From the IMG/VR virus record IMGVR_UViG_3300042301_003932: a stretch of 64,000 nucleotides of DNA. One strand, written 5' to 3'. Within the stretch, counting starts at the first letter, position 1; each line of letters opens with the position of its first letter. The position numbers were made by a program, and so were the translations under genes. The notes below the pieces were generated by a model that saw only the letters and a list, made by a program, of their open reading frames with translations, did not search any database and was not told the DNA's origin. Source of the stretch: a virus. Positions 30,047 to 40,053 of the stretch are shown here, piece after piece.

Positions 30047-30183
30047 TTTTTATTGATGAACTCTAAAATTTTTTCTAACTGGCTTTCAGTTATGATTATG
30101 TTTTGTTTTTTTTGTGAGTATGTTGTATGATTTCTACTAATATCACCCACAGTTTCTTTAATTAATTTTTTTTTAATTTTCAT
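30043..30183 (-). CDS. Small late protein (MKIKKKLIKE...IIITESQLEKILE)
   Basis: Start revised to ATG 30183, downstream of the hairpin and the TATTTAT motif. Confidence 0.65.
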   Translation of the reverse strand: MKIKKKLIKETVGDISRNHTTYSQKKQNIIITESQLEKILEFINKK

Positions 30184-30206
30184 AACTTTTTTTTTAATAA
30201 ATATAT

Positions 30207-30232
30207 AATGGGGAATATTTCTACTCCCCATT
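30207..30232 (-). terminator. GAAA-tetraloop hairpin after the sheath gene
   Basis: AATGGGGAGTA-GAAA-TATTCCCCATT (11 bp including one G-U pair); weak U-tract. Confidence 0.65.
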
Positions 30233-30246
30233 AATTTTATTTTTTA

Positions 30247-33200
30247 TTATACATCGTCAAAAGACGCTCCTGTTGGTGTAATTACAAATTCAATATCAAT
30301 GTATTCTAACGCCCTTGTAGGTTTCAAGAAAATTTTACCTGTTAACGTATTAGAATCTAAATCTTCAGGAGTGTTTGAAACGGTAACTCTAAAGTCAATC
30401 AAACCTCTATCTCTTCTTATTGAATCTAAAATTGGGTTGACTGAGTCTAGGAACTGTTGTCTTACTTTATCATCGTTTTGTTCAAACAATAATCTAACGG
30501 CTACAGCTGAAATCAATTTACGTGCTTGTAATAACAATCTCCTTACGTTGATTCTATCAAGTGCAGATTCTCTAACTTGTAATGTTTTATTACCCCAAAT
30601 TACTGTACCAACGTCTGAGAATGTTGCGATTGGGTTAACTCTACCTTTATAAAGAGTGTCTCTATCTTCTTGAGTTAATTTTTTACGTGCTCTAATCGCG
30701 TTAACTAAACCTCTTGTGTAACCTGCAGATGCAAACCAAGGGAATGCAATGTTATCAGTTAACGCCAAGTTTTTAGTAACCTCAGCTGTTGGTGGGATAT
30801 AAATCTGTGTATTATTTACCGTGTCTCTCGTTAATACCCATGGATAGTATGTTGCAGTGTAGTTAGAATCTATACCTGTGTTTTCTAGTCTATCAACAAT
30901 CTCTTGTGGATAAACTAATCCCTCTTCAATATCTTGATAAGATGGTAATAATAAGTTAAAGTCAGGTGTTGTACAAATATAGATTGAGTCTGCTCTATCT
31001 GTTTCAACCATATCAATCGCATCTTCAACTAAATTTGAGTTGTAGTAATAATCAATACCCGGTGTTACAAATATGTTAATATTAACAGATTCAGGATTTG
31101 CAAAAGTTGCTTGACCCCATTTGTATGCGTAGTAGTCAGTATTTGCCCAAGTCTCTTGGTTAGGTCCTGAAATTTGTTTGAATGCTCCCCATCCTGATGC
31201 GGTTGGGAAAGTTACTGAAGATGCTGCTCCGTATTTAAATCCTGATTGACCTAATGCGAATGTATCACCATTTGTTCTATATTCTCTATAAATGTCCCAT
31301 CCATCAAAACCACCATAAGCCAATACTGTAAATTTACGAGTATTCAATCTAAAATATGGATTATCTGAATCTTCAGGTTCACTATTAAATGAACCGGCAC
31401 CCACTTCAAACGCTTGTGTGTATGCTGAGGTTGCTGGATTGTATATTGTAACTACCGTCGCTCCACTATCCATATGGAAACCTTTAGTAATATAACCCCA
31501 ATCAATACCTTCAGTATCAGTCGCTAAGTTAGCAGGAATTTGTTTACCTTTGTATTCAAAGAAATCGTAATCAATTCCAGTGATATTTGAAATACCTAAG
31601 TAAGCCTTTCTTGGGTTTTCTCCATTTGAGATAACTGGGTTATCACCACCCGATGAAGATCCAAAAGGTGGGTTGTAAATAACTTCACCAGCTTGTAAAT
31701 ATTTTGTTTTATAAATAACAAATGGTGGTGTTGATTGTGCATATTCTCTAGAAATATAACCTTCAAAACCACAAGCGACTGCGTCTGTCGGTGCCTCCTC
31801 ACTCATATCTAACATTACATATTTAGACCTCACTTCATACTCACCGTTAGATGTACCAATTTTATTTGCTACGTAGTTGTTTTGACTAGGATCCATTGAA
31901 CAATTAGTAAAACTTTCAACTACTCTTACATTTTGATCATTATCATAGAAATCTCTAATGAACACATCAAAAGTTCTATTTGAGAAAGAAATGTTTCCAA
32001 TAGACATTTTAACTAATCTATTTGCCGCGTTACCATCAGAAATAAGTTTGAATTTAAATAATTTATAAACTTTATTACCTCTTAATTCTGAAACAATATA
32101 TGGAGTTTCAGGTGTTTGATATTGTTCTAAATAGAACGCTATTGAATCGCTATAGTCTTGAATATTAGAATCGTCGGTAACACCAGGTAGCGCAATTAAT
32201 GAATTGTAGATACCTCTAATTTTTCCGTTTCTATAACCATTTAATAATAAACTTGAATAAACCTCTTCAATAAATAAAGGCACTTCGTTTCTATCTTTAC
32301 CAAAATTACTTCTACCGAATACTTTGGAAATATATTGTGAATCTGTTGTTGAAAGCGAGGTTTCAAAGGTGAACGTTTCAGCATCACTAGTAATACCAGA
32401 AATTACAAAAGTTTCAAATGGATTAAGAGCAACTCCTGAGTATGCTCCTGTTGTGATAATATTAACTCCTGTTGTTGCACTAACCTCAAAATCAGGACCG
32501 TGTTGTGTACTAGAGTAATTTGTAACACCTCTAGATCTCAATGTTGCAACAACTAAATCATCGTATTCACTATAAGGAGTACCTGAATAAACAGTACCGT
32601 AAATTGCAACAGACCCTGAGTATCCTGAAGTCACTGTTGAGATTGAATTTAATGATGCCCCAAAACCATAACCATTATAACTACCGATACTTGATGATTT
32701 AGAATAATCAAATAATGCGTAGTACCAAGGATCATTTAAATAAGAACTTAAATTGTTATTTGCAAAAATAACATCATCAACACCAAACGTTTCAGTATAT
32801 GCGGTTGTGTTGTACGGTGCTCCTGTAACCGCATTAAATGTTGCATCATTAACAGACCCCCAAAAATAAGAGGTTTTACCAGACAATGGTGATGCGATTG
32901 AAAATAAACCAACTTGTGCTGAAATATAATTTTGGAAATCTAAATAAAGACTTGAACTACCCCCATTTGCTGTTGTATATTGATTATAAAAATCGGCAGA
33001 TATTAATGATGGTAGTGAAGGTAATATTGTAATATTTGTACTAGCCCCTGTTGTTCCTGTAAAATATACATAACCTACCGGTGTTGGTGATGAACCTGAT
33101 ACACCAATAGTTGAACTATCAATATTACCGATAGTAACAATTGACCAAGACGGTCCAGCGTCATAACCTGAAAGACCTAATATTCTTGTAACAAATAATT

Positions 33201-33468
33201 GATTTGATTGTTGTAAATATGATTTTGCAATATAAGAAGTTTCATATTTAGGGATTTGTGTGTTTACGAATTTCTCTGGACTTGTTCCACCGAAATAAAC
33301 TTGATACTCGTCAAAGTTAGTGATAAATATAGGTTCAAATGCTGGTCCCTGTAAGGTCTCACCAACTAAACCTAATGTTGTTACACCAACACTTTGAGCG
33401 ACGAAAGTTAAGTCTCTTTCTGAGGTATAAACACCTGGAGAAACGAATACTTTTGTACTAGATGCCAT
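30247..33468 (-). CDS. Tail sheath protein (T4 gp18-like) with large outer insertions
   Basis: FVSPGVYTSERD, YTATYYPW, PWFASAGYTRG, DTLYKGRVNPI, WGNKTLQ, LDRINVRRLL and KPTRALEYIDIEF. Confidence 0.95.
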   Translation of the reverse strand: MASSTKVFVSPGVYTSERDLTFVAQSVGVTTLGLVGETLQGPAFEPIFITNFDEYQVYFGGTSPEKFVNTQIPKYETSYIAKSYLQQSNQLFVTRILGLSGYDAGPSWSIVTIGNIDSSTIGVSGSSPTPVGYVYFTGTTGASTNITILPSLPSLISADFYNQYTTANGGSSSLYLDFQNYISAQVGLFSIASPLSGKTSYFWGSVNDATFNAVTGAPYNTTAYTETFGVDDVIFANNNLSSYLNDPWYYALFDYSKSSSIGSYNGYGFGASLNSISTVTSGYSGSVAIYGTVYSGTPYSEYDDLVVATLRSRGVTNYSSTQHGPDFEVSATTGVNIITTGAYSGVALNPFETFVISGITSDAETFTFETSLSTTDSQYISKVFGRSNFGKDRNEVPLFIEEVYSSLLLNGYRNGKIRGIYNSLIALPGVTDDSNIQDYSDSIAFYLEQYQTPETPYIVSELRGNKVYKLFKFKLISDGNAANRLVKMSIGNISFSNRTFDVFIRDFYDNDQNVRVVESFTNCSMDPSQNNYVANKIGTSNGEYEVRSKYVMLDMSEEAPTDAVACGFEGYISREYAQSTPPFVIYKTKYLQAGEVIYNPPFGSSSGGDNPVISNGENPRKAYLGISNITGIDYDFFEYKGKQIPANLATDTEGIDWGYITKGFHMDSGATVVTIYNPATSAYTQAFEVGAGSFNSEPEDSDNPYFRLNTRKFTVLAYGGFDGWDIYREYRTNGDTFALGQSGFKYGAASSVTFPTASGWGAFKQISGPNQETWANTDYYAYKWGQATFANPESVNINIFVTPGIDYYYNSNLVEDAIDMVETDRADSIYICTTPDFNLLLPSYQDIEEGLVYPQEIVDRLENTGIDSNYTATYYPWVLTRDTVNNTQIYIPPTAEVTKNLALTDNIAFPWFASAGYTRGLVNAIRARKKLTQEDRDTLYKGRVNPIATFSDVGTVIWGNKTLQVRESALDRINVRRLLLQARKLISAVAVRLLFEQNDDKVRQQFLDSVNPILDSIRRDRGLIDFRVTVSNTPEDLDSNTLTGKIFLKPTRALEYIDIEFVITPTGASFDDV

Positions 33469-33604
33469 TTTTTTAGTTAATTAAAGATTTATTTTTATAT
33501 ATAAATACATTAATTCTAAGCAAAAAACAGACCTAAAAAATAATAAATAGATAGTAGTATGAAAAAATTCTACCTTTTTTCTACCTATTAAAATATTTAT
33601 TAAT

Positions 33605-33754
33605 ATGAAAAAAATTAAAAATATAAAGATTTCTGAAGAAACACATTTATTATTAAAAAAATACTGTGAAGAAAATGGTTTAAAACTTTATAAATTTTTA
33701 GAAAATTTAATAATTAAAACTTGTACTAAAGAAAAAGACATTTATGGTGAATAA
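33605..33754 (+). CDS. Small ribbon-helix-helix-like DNA-binding protein (49 aa)
   Basis: Below the ORF-track cutoff. MKKIKNIKISEETHLLLKKYCEENGLKLYKFLENLIIKTCTKEKDIYGE has a beta-alpha-G-alpha pattern; TATTTAT lies 4 nt upstream. Confidence 0.75.
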   Translation: MKKIKNIKISEETHLLLKKYCEENGLKLYKFLENLIIKTCTKEKDIYGE

Positions 33755-34984
33755 CTAAACTAAAACGGCATTAGTCTTTATAATTGAATTCTGAGTTACG
33801 TCATCTTTATAAACTATAATTTTTAAAGTATCCCCATTGTTAATTTGTATTAATGGTACGTTGTCACCTAAATAATTATTATTAATAAAAACAGAATAAC
33901 TTGAAGCACAAGATACTCCCTCATTAAATGTACCTCCAGTCGTATTACTAAAAGATGGTAAGGTTGAGGATTTAACGCAAATATTACCTGAGTCACCAAT
34001 ATTTGTAGATATTGTGGTTGTTGCTCCACTACAGTTAATATAGGTCAAGGTATTATTTGTTATTGACGAATAAGTGGTTTCATAACAATTGATTAAATTA
34101 GTTGTTTCGTTAATTGTTATGTCTGCGGTATACCTAAAAACTTCATTCAATTGAGTAACTCCCGAAACAAATAATAAATCTAAGTCAAAACTGTCGGGTC
34201 TTGCTGGTTCTATTTCAACTTTACGACCTCTTTTTTTAGTATCAAACTCAAATAGTGTAACTTGTCTTGTAATTGCTGGTGACACTTGAAATTCTTCTTC
34301 ATCTATTAACATACCCTTTAATGTTATTTTATAACTTTGGATATAATACTTTCTCTTTTCTATTTCTTTTACCGATTCATCTGTCGGGTCTTCCAAAGTC
34401 ATTTGCATATAATGACCTTTTATTTGTGTGTATGCTTGTTTAGAGGTAAATTTTTGCATCATGATTTTGTTAAATTCATTAACTTCTCTCATTCTATTAC
34501 AAAAAATCTTAACTGTGTAGGTAATATCAACAGGAACAGGTTGAGGTATTTTATATACGTCAGCCCCTTTTCTTTGCCCATCCCAAGTAGGTACGGTATA
34601 ATAAAAAAATCGTAACCTTTCGGGTATATTGTAAGCTCCATTATTAATTTTTCCATATTTAACTTCAGGTTGTCTTACCGTAATAATAAATGGTAAGGAT
34701 ACATTTTTATCTAAATCTTGAAATTTCCATGTCTCTGTAAATTGTGTCCAACTTTGTGTTGTTATGATTTTATCAACAGTAGGGACCGTTTTACCGTCAA
34801 CAACTAATTTCAAATCATTTTTAACAAAATCTAACACACCTCTATCCATGTCGGCATGTAATACACCTTTTGGTAGAAAAGTTCCACCATCCGTAATATC
34901 ATCCAACATTTGTTGTCTTCTTTCTTTTCCAACTTTGGTTGGTATTAAAGGAAGGTGTTTTTTGTTTTGTTTTGGTAATGCCAT
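33755..34984 (-). CDS. Tail terminator / sheath stabiliser (T4 gp15-like) with a C-terminal extension
   Basis: LPFIITVR, PVPVDITYTVKIF...EVNEFN, Y.ITLKG; lies between neck and sheath genes. Confidence 0.72.
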   Translation of the reverse strand: MALPKQNKKHLPLIPTKVGKERRQQMLDDITDGGTFLPKGVLHADMDRGVLDFVKNDLKLVVDGKTVPTVDKIITTQSWTQFTETWKFQDLDKNVSLPFIITVRQPEVKYGKINNGAYNIPERLRFFYYTVPTWDGQRKGADVYKIPQPVPVDITYTVKIFCNRMREVNEFNKIMMQKFTSKQAYTQIKGHYMQMTLEDPTDESVKEIEKRKYYIQSYKITLKGMLIDEEEFQVSPAITRQVTLFEFDTKKRGRKVEIEPARPDSFDLDLLFVSGVTQLNEVFRYTADITINETTNLINCYETTYSSITNNTLTYINCSGATTTISTNIGDSGNICVKSSTLPSFSNTTGGTFNEGVSCASSYSVFINNNYLGDNVPLIQINNGDTLKIIVYKDDVTQNSIIKTNAVLV

Positions 34985-34986
34985 TT

Positions 34987-35502
34987 TTATAAACCGTTAA
35001 ATTCGTCGTTAGTTACAGGTGATGCGATTATTGTTCTATAATATTTTTTATAACCACCATAAGTATGTTTCATATCTGAAGTAACTCTACCATCATTTAC
35101 CACTGAATAATATCTAACCCTATCTTCTGTTTCATAATACGCTAAATAATCCCCCAAAGATATCTCAATAGCTAATTGATCTAAATGTGATTGATAAACA
35201 CTAAATGTCATGTTACCTGGTTCAAGTTGTGAAAGTTTTGATGACCCATAATCTGAGTTAGTTGGTGCATCAATTTTTACTAAACCTTTAACTTCTATTG
35301 GTGCTAAAAACTGTATTCCATCGCTTAACGCCTCACCATAAACATCATCATTATTTGTCCTTTGTCTGTCAACACGATATAAAACAACGGTAAAATTCAT
35401 ATCACCCATCTGCCATTCCATGCCCATTTCAATCTCTAAATTAAAATCTTCTTCAGAAAAAAACTTATTTAATCTTGTAATTGGAACTTTATTTTGTGAC
35501 AT
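34987..35502 (-). CDS. Neck / head-closure protein (T4 gp14-like)
   Basis: VLYRVD...DDVYGEA...F..PIE...GDY; start revised to MSQNK, just after the TATTTAT motif. Confidence 0.7.
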   Translation of the reverse strand: MSQNKVPITRLNKFFSEEDFNLEIEMGMEWQMGDMNFTVVLYRVDRQRTNNDDVYGEALSDGIQFLAPIEVKGLVKIDAPTNSDYGSSKLSQLEPGNMTFSVYQSHLDQLAIEISLGDYLAYYETEDRVRYYSVVNDGRVTSDMKHTYGGYKKYYRTIIASPVTNDEFNGL

Positions 35503-35524
35503 ATTAATAAATATCATTAAGCAC

Positions 35525-35550
35525 AAAAAACCCCACAATAGTAGGGCTTT
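35525..35550 (-). terminator. Intrinsic terminator
   Basis: AAAGCCCTAC-TATT-GTGGGGTTTTTT. Confidence 0.65.
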
Positions 35551-35575
35551 ATGTTATTTTAAAAATTTTAAATTA

Positions 35576-35941
35576 CTATAATCCAATAGCGTTTGATTCA
35601 ACTCCGTCTATAAATTCAGTTAAAGATTCTGAAAGTTCTTCTATTGATGCAACTTTTGTCGGTAAAAGTTCAAGAATATCATCTGAGTCACATATATCTT
35701 TTAAATCTTCTAATACGTCTTCTAACATTTCAATTAAGTCATTACATGTTTCTTGAGCCTTTTCTATTTTTTCATTATCATCTATATCCTCATCATCCAT
35801 ATCCTCATCATCCATATCCTCATCATCCATATCCTCATCATCCATATCCTCATCATCCATATCTTTTTCTTCTTGTTCACGTATCGCTCTTCTAACAAGT
35901 CTAGAAAGTTCTCTTTCGTTAAGTCTTATTATTTTTTTCAT
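35576..35941 (-). CDS. Highly acidic small protein with a MKKIIRLNE leader and DMDDE repeats
   Basis: Stand-alone unit with its own TATTTAT motif and terminator. Confidence 0.75.
   Translation of the reverse strand: MKKIIRLNERELSRLVRRAIREQEEKDMDDEDMDDEDMDDEDMDDEDMDDEDIDDNEKIEKAQETCNDLIEMLEDVLEDLKDICDSDDILELLPTKVASIEELSESLTEFIDGVESNAIGL
35777..35863 (-). repeat. 15-bp tandem repeat, about 6 copies (encodes DMDDE)
   Basis: (atcatccatatcctc)n is directly visible. Confidence 0.95.
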
Positions 35942-36039
35942 AACACAATTTTTTTTTTAATTAATTTATTAAAATAAATATCACACACAAATAAAAAGTT
36001 GTTTTTTTTATATTATTTACTATTATTATTTATAATATA

Positions 36040-37803
36040 ATGGAAGAATTAATTTCAAAAACGCCTGAAACAAGGGCCCTTCAAATGTTAGATGATTATG
36101 TTGGGTCAAATAACTATATCTTGTCGTTAAAAAACAAAAAACAAAATAGTAAGTCTTTTACCCCCACAAGATCTCAAGCTGAATACATAATTAACTTTCA
36201 CGGACGAACACCAAAGGTGGCAAAAAAATGGGTCAAACTTGATTCATATTTTGGAAAAAAAATGATGGAAGATAAAATGTACACTAAAGAACCAACGGAA
36301 ATATATGTTGAAAAACTTTTGGTTGAAAAAGATAAGTCGTATCATATTTGGGGTAAAATATTTAGTGGTGAAACAATACATGATTTTTGGATTCCAAAAA
36401 CCGCACTTATAAAAGATAATGAGGTAAAGAATGTTGTTATTGAATATTCTAAATATAATCACAGGGCTCCGATGGATCACCAAAAAGAAGCAATTGAAAA
36501 ACTTGTTAGAAACAAAAAGTTTATTTTGGCTGATGATATGGGACTTGGTAAAACAACCTCAACAATTATTTCGGCATTAGAGACGGGAGCAAAAAAAATA
36601 TTAATTGTTTGTCCAGCCTCATTAAAGATAAATTGGCAACGTGAAATTGAAAATTATTCAGATAGGTCTGTTTATATTTCGGAAGGTAAGAAGTTTTCAA
36701 CTGAATCTGATTTTGTTATAATTAATTACGACATATTAAAAAACTTTCACGACCCAAAAAAGAAAGATGAATCAATAATTCTAAACACTAATTTTGATTT
36801 GGTTATAATGGACGAAGCACATATGATTTCAAATCCACAAGCACAAAGAACAAAAATAGTAAATGATTTATGTGGTAACGTTGAAAGGGTTTGGTTATTA
36901 ACGGGAACACCGATGACCTCAAGACCTATGAATTATTATAATCTTTTGAGTTTAGTTGAAAGTCCTGTTGCCGCAAATTGGATGGCATACGCCAAAAGAT
37001 ATTGTAATGGTTTTCAATTTAGCGTAGGTAAAAGAAAAGTTTGGAATGTAACAGGTGCGTCTAATTTAGATGAGTTAAGAGAAAGAACACAAACTCACAT
37101 TTTAAGAAGATTAAAAGAAGATGTTTTAGATTTACCAGATAAAATTATTACTCCTGTTTATTTAAGATTAAAATCAAAAGATTACGAAGAATTAATGGGT
37201 GAATACTTTAATTGGTATGATAATAATTCAGAGGAGTCATCATCACTTACAATTCAGTTTGGTAAGTTAATGAAAGTAAGAAAGGTAATTGCCGAAGAAA
37301 AAGTTAAAAACACAATTGAATTGGCTGAAAACATTATTGAACAAGGTAAAAAAGTAATCATATTTACAAACTTTACTGACACTTTACGAACCATTTATGA
37401 CCATTTTGGAAAACAAGCAGTTTATTTAGACGGGTCTTGTTCAAAACCTCATAGACAAAAGGCGGTGGATGATTTTCAAGAAAACGACAAAATAAAAGTT
37501 TTTGTTGGTAATTTAAAGGCCGCAGGTGTCGGTATTACTTTAACATCTGCAGAAGCCGTAATCATGAATGATTTATCTTTTGTCCCCGCAGAACACGCAC
37601 AAGCAGAAGATAGATCACATAGAATTGGTCAAAAAAATTCAACATCGGTATATTATCCTCTTTTTGAAAATACAATAGAGGGAGTGATATATGACATCCT
37701 CAATAGGAAGAAAAAAATCATATCAACTGTTATGGGTGACAACATGATGGAAGACGCATCAACAATTGAAGAAATGTTAAATTTAATTTCTCATAAGAGG
37801 TGA
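36040..37803 (+). CDS. SNF2-family helicase (HARP/SMARCAL1-like)
   Basis: LADDMGLGKT, VCPASLKINW, DEAH, LTGTP, LRRLK, GVGITLT and QAEDRSHRIGQ. Confidence 0.93.
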   Translation: MEELISKTPETRALQMLDDYVGSNNYILSLKNKKQNSKSFTPTRSQAEYIINFHGRTPKVAKKWVKLDSYFGKKMMEDKMYTKEPTEIYVEKLLVEKDKSYHIWGKIFSGETIHDFWIPKTALIKDNEVKNVVIEYSKYNHRAPMDHQKEAIEKLVRNKKFILADDMGLGKTTSTIISALETGAKKILIVCPASLKINWQREIENYSDRSVYISEGKKFSTESDFVIINYDILKNFHDPKKKDESIILNTNFDLVIMDEAHMISNPQAQRTKIVNDLCGNVERVWLLTGTPMTSRPMNYYNLLSLVESPVAANWMAYAKRYCNGFQFSVGKRKVWNVTGASNLDELRERTQTHILRRLKEDVLDLPDKIITPVYLRLKSKDYEELMGEYFNWYDNNSEESSSLTIQFGKLMKVRKVIAEEKVKNTIELAENIIEQGKKVIIFTNFTDTLRTIYDHFGKQAVYLDGSCSKPHRQKAVDDFQENDKIKVFVGNLKAAGVGITLTSAEAVIMNDLSFVPAEHAQAEDRSHRIGQKNSTSVYYPLFENTIEGVIYDILNRKKKIISTVMGDNMMEDASTIEEMLNLISHKR

Positions 37804-37815
37804 TATTTATATTAC

Positions 37816-38901
37816 ATGAGTAATATAATTAATTATCCAAAAAATACAAATAAAATTAATAAAGAAATAATTGACAGTTTTATAAAAAAACTACAAAAAA
37901 AATATCCATTAGATAATCAAATAACTATTGATTTTTTAGAAAAAAGAACGGGAACTATGACCACAGGGAGTAGAACAAATAAAGGTAGATTAAAAATTTT
38001 TGTTAAGGATAGAATTATTAGTGATGTGTTGAGAACTTTAGGTCATGAATGGATTCACGAATACCAAAGAAACACACTTAATAGAGATAGAGGTAAGAGT
38101 ATTGGTGGAAAAAATGAAAATGAGGCTAACGCTAAGTCGGGTGAAATTTTAAAATATTTTGCTAAAAACAAAGAAAATGAAAAAAAAATATATAAACCAT
38201 TTTTAAAAAAAATTGAAGAGGTAGAATTAAAATTAAATGAAGATTTAGTTTCACAAAAAAATATTATTTCAGAAATAAAAAAAATATCCATAGAAAAATT
38301 ACAATATGACTTTAACGATTTAGAAACTTTCATTGATTCTGAAACAATGAAAACCCACTATAATAAACATTACAAAGGATATGTTGAAAAATTAAATGTG
38401 GAATTAGAAAAAGTTAAAGGTCCTGATTTAGATATTGAACAGATAATTAAAAAAATAAGTAAGTATAACACAGTCATAAAAAACAATGGTGGCGGAGCAT
38501 TTAATCACGCACTTTTTTGGAAAATGTTATCCCCAAAAAAACAAGAAATTAAAGACCCAATAAAATCAAAAATAGAAAAAACTTTTGGTTCTTACGAAAT
38601 TTTTAAAGAAAAGTTTGAAGAAGAATCAAAATCAAGATTTGGTTCAGGATGGGTGTGGTTAATTTTAACTAAAACAAACAATTTAAAAATTGTATCCACT
38701 TCAAATCAAGACAATCCTTTAATGAATACTGAAAAAATACAAGGGTACCCATTACTTGGTTTAGATGTGTGGGAACACGCATATTATCTAAAATATAAAA
38801 ATCAAAGAGACAAATACGTTAAAAACTTTTGGAAAGTTGTGAATTGGGGATTTGTTAATGATCAATACACAACGCAATTAGAAAGAAATAAAGTTAAGTG
38901 A
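37816..38901 (+). CDS. sod: Mn/Fe superoxide dismutase fused to an N-terminal HExxH (zincin-like) domain
   Basis: SOD motifs HYNKHY, NNGGGAFNHALFW, FGSGWVWL, NQD and DVWEHAYY; N-terminal RTLGHEWIHEYQ...ENEAN. Confidence 0.9.
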   Translation: MSNIINYPKNTNKINKEIIDSFIKKLQKKYPLDNQITIDFLEKRTGTMTTGSRTNKGRLKIFVKDRIISDVLRTLGHEWIHEYQRNTLNRDRGKSIGGKNENEANAKSGEILKYFAKNKENEKKIYKPFLKKIEEVELKLNEDLVSQKNIISEIKKISIEKLQYDFNDLETFIDSETMKTHYNKHYKGYVEKLNVELEKVKGPDLDIEQIIKKISKYNTVIKNNGGGAFNHALFWKMLSPKKQEIKDPIKSKIEKTFGSYEIFKEKFEEESKSRFGSGWVWLILTKTNNLKIVSTSNQDNPLMNTEKIQGYPLLGLDVWEHAYYLKYKNQRDKYVKNFWKVVNWGFVNDQYTTQLERNKVK

Positions 38902-38928
38902 TAAGATATTTATATAAAAATATATCTT

Positions 38929-40047
38929 ATGAATACTGCAATTATCACCGAACCGGACAGAAGTAAACTTTATAAAAGAATTAGAAATCTTTTAGGAGCA
39001 CCTTTACGTAGTGTAGAGTTGGAAGACGAAATGATGGATTCGTTATTGGAACTATCAATTCAGGATTATGCTCAACATGTAAATGATTGGTTGATTGAAT
39101 CTCAGTGGTCGTCTTTATATGGTTTAAACTTGGATGAACAATCTGTGACAAGAGCGTTCACAACTAGAAGTTTAGATTGGGAAACACAATACACATATTC
39201 GTATTCAAAAATTGTTGGATTACAAGCGGGAGGAGATTATGTTTTGAAAAAAGATTATATAGATTTAATTCCAAACCAACAAATATATGAAATACCCGCA
39301 GGAAGAGAATTAAATGAATTACTTTGGTTTACAAGATCTGAATTGGATGCAGCATATTTTGATCCGTTTATGGGTGGATTTGGTGGATTTGGTGGTATTG
39401 GTTTAGGTGGTGGTGCCGGATTTTCTCAAATGGGGACAACAGGAAATTATTTTATAACACCAGCATTTGATATTCTTTTAAGAATGCAAGATATAAGTAT
39501 GAAAAGAAGAATCATATCAGGGGAATTAACATATAGAGTAACCGCATTACCTGAAGGTAAAAAGGCGATACACTTAATGAATGTTCCTGGTGGTAAATTT
39601 GATTTTGGGAATATAAAGTATCAGAAATATAAAGTTTGGTATTGGTATTATGAAACAAACGATAGAGAAGATTGTTTGAAAAAAAATCCAGATATTGTAA
39701 AATTACCTTCAGATGTTCCAATTGATGAAATGAGGTGGGATGAATTAAATTCACCCGCACAGACATGGGTTAGAAGATGGTTTACTGCTTATTGTAAAGA
39801 AACTTTAGCAAAAGTTAGAGGTAAGTATAGTGGTAACTTAAAAACGCCGGATAGTGAAGTAACTTTAGAGTGGCAAAGTTTAAACACTGAAGCTAAAGAC
39901 GAAAAAACTATTTTGTGGGAAGAACTTAAAACTAGATTAGAAAGACTTAGACCTGAAAAACAATGGGAGATAAAAGGAGCTATGGCTGAAAATATGAATA
40001 AAGCGTTAAAATATAGACCATTTACAAGCCCATATAATGTTATATAA
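38929..40047 (+). CDS. Neck / head-tail adaptor protein (T4 gp13-like)
   Basis: LGAPLRSVELEDE; WVRRWFTAYCKETLAKVRGKY...PDSEVTL...L..EAK.E. Confidence 0.8.
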   Translation: MNTAIITEPDRSKLYKRIRNLLGAPLRSVELEDEMMDSLLELSIQDYAQHVNDWLIESQWSSLYGLNLDEQSVTRAFTTRSLDWETQYTYSYSKIVGLQAGGDYVLKKDYIDLIPNQQIYEIPAGRELNELLWFTRSELDAAYFDPFMGGFGGFGGIGLGGGAGFSQMGTTGNYFITPAFDILLRMQDISMKRRIISGELTYRVTALPEGKKAIHLMNVPGGKFDFGNIKYQKYKVWYWYYETNDREDCLKKNPDIVKLPSDVPIDEMRWDELNSPAQTWVRRWFTAYCKETLAKVRGKYSGNLKTPDSEVTLEWQSLNTEAKDEKTILWEELKTRLERLRPEKQWEIKGAMAENMNKALKYRPFTSPYNVI

Positions 40048-40053
40048 TTTTTT

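Noticed and set aside
2130-35502. Bacterial extracellular contractile injection system or tailocin
   Set aside because: Neck proteins and a full phage replication set are interleaved, and no host housekeeping genes are present, so this is a phage genome.
35777-35863. Tandem repeat as a CRISPR array
   Set aside because: No spacers; in-frame 15-bp coding repeat; no cas genes.
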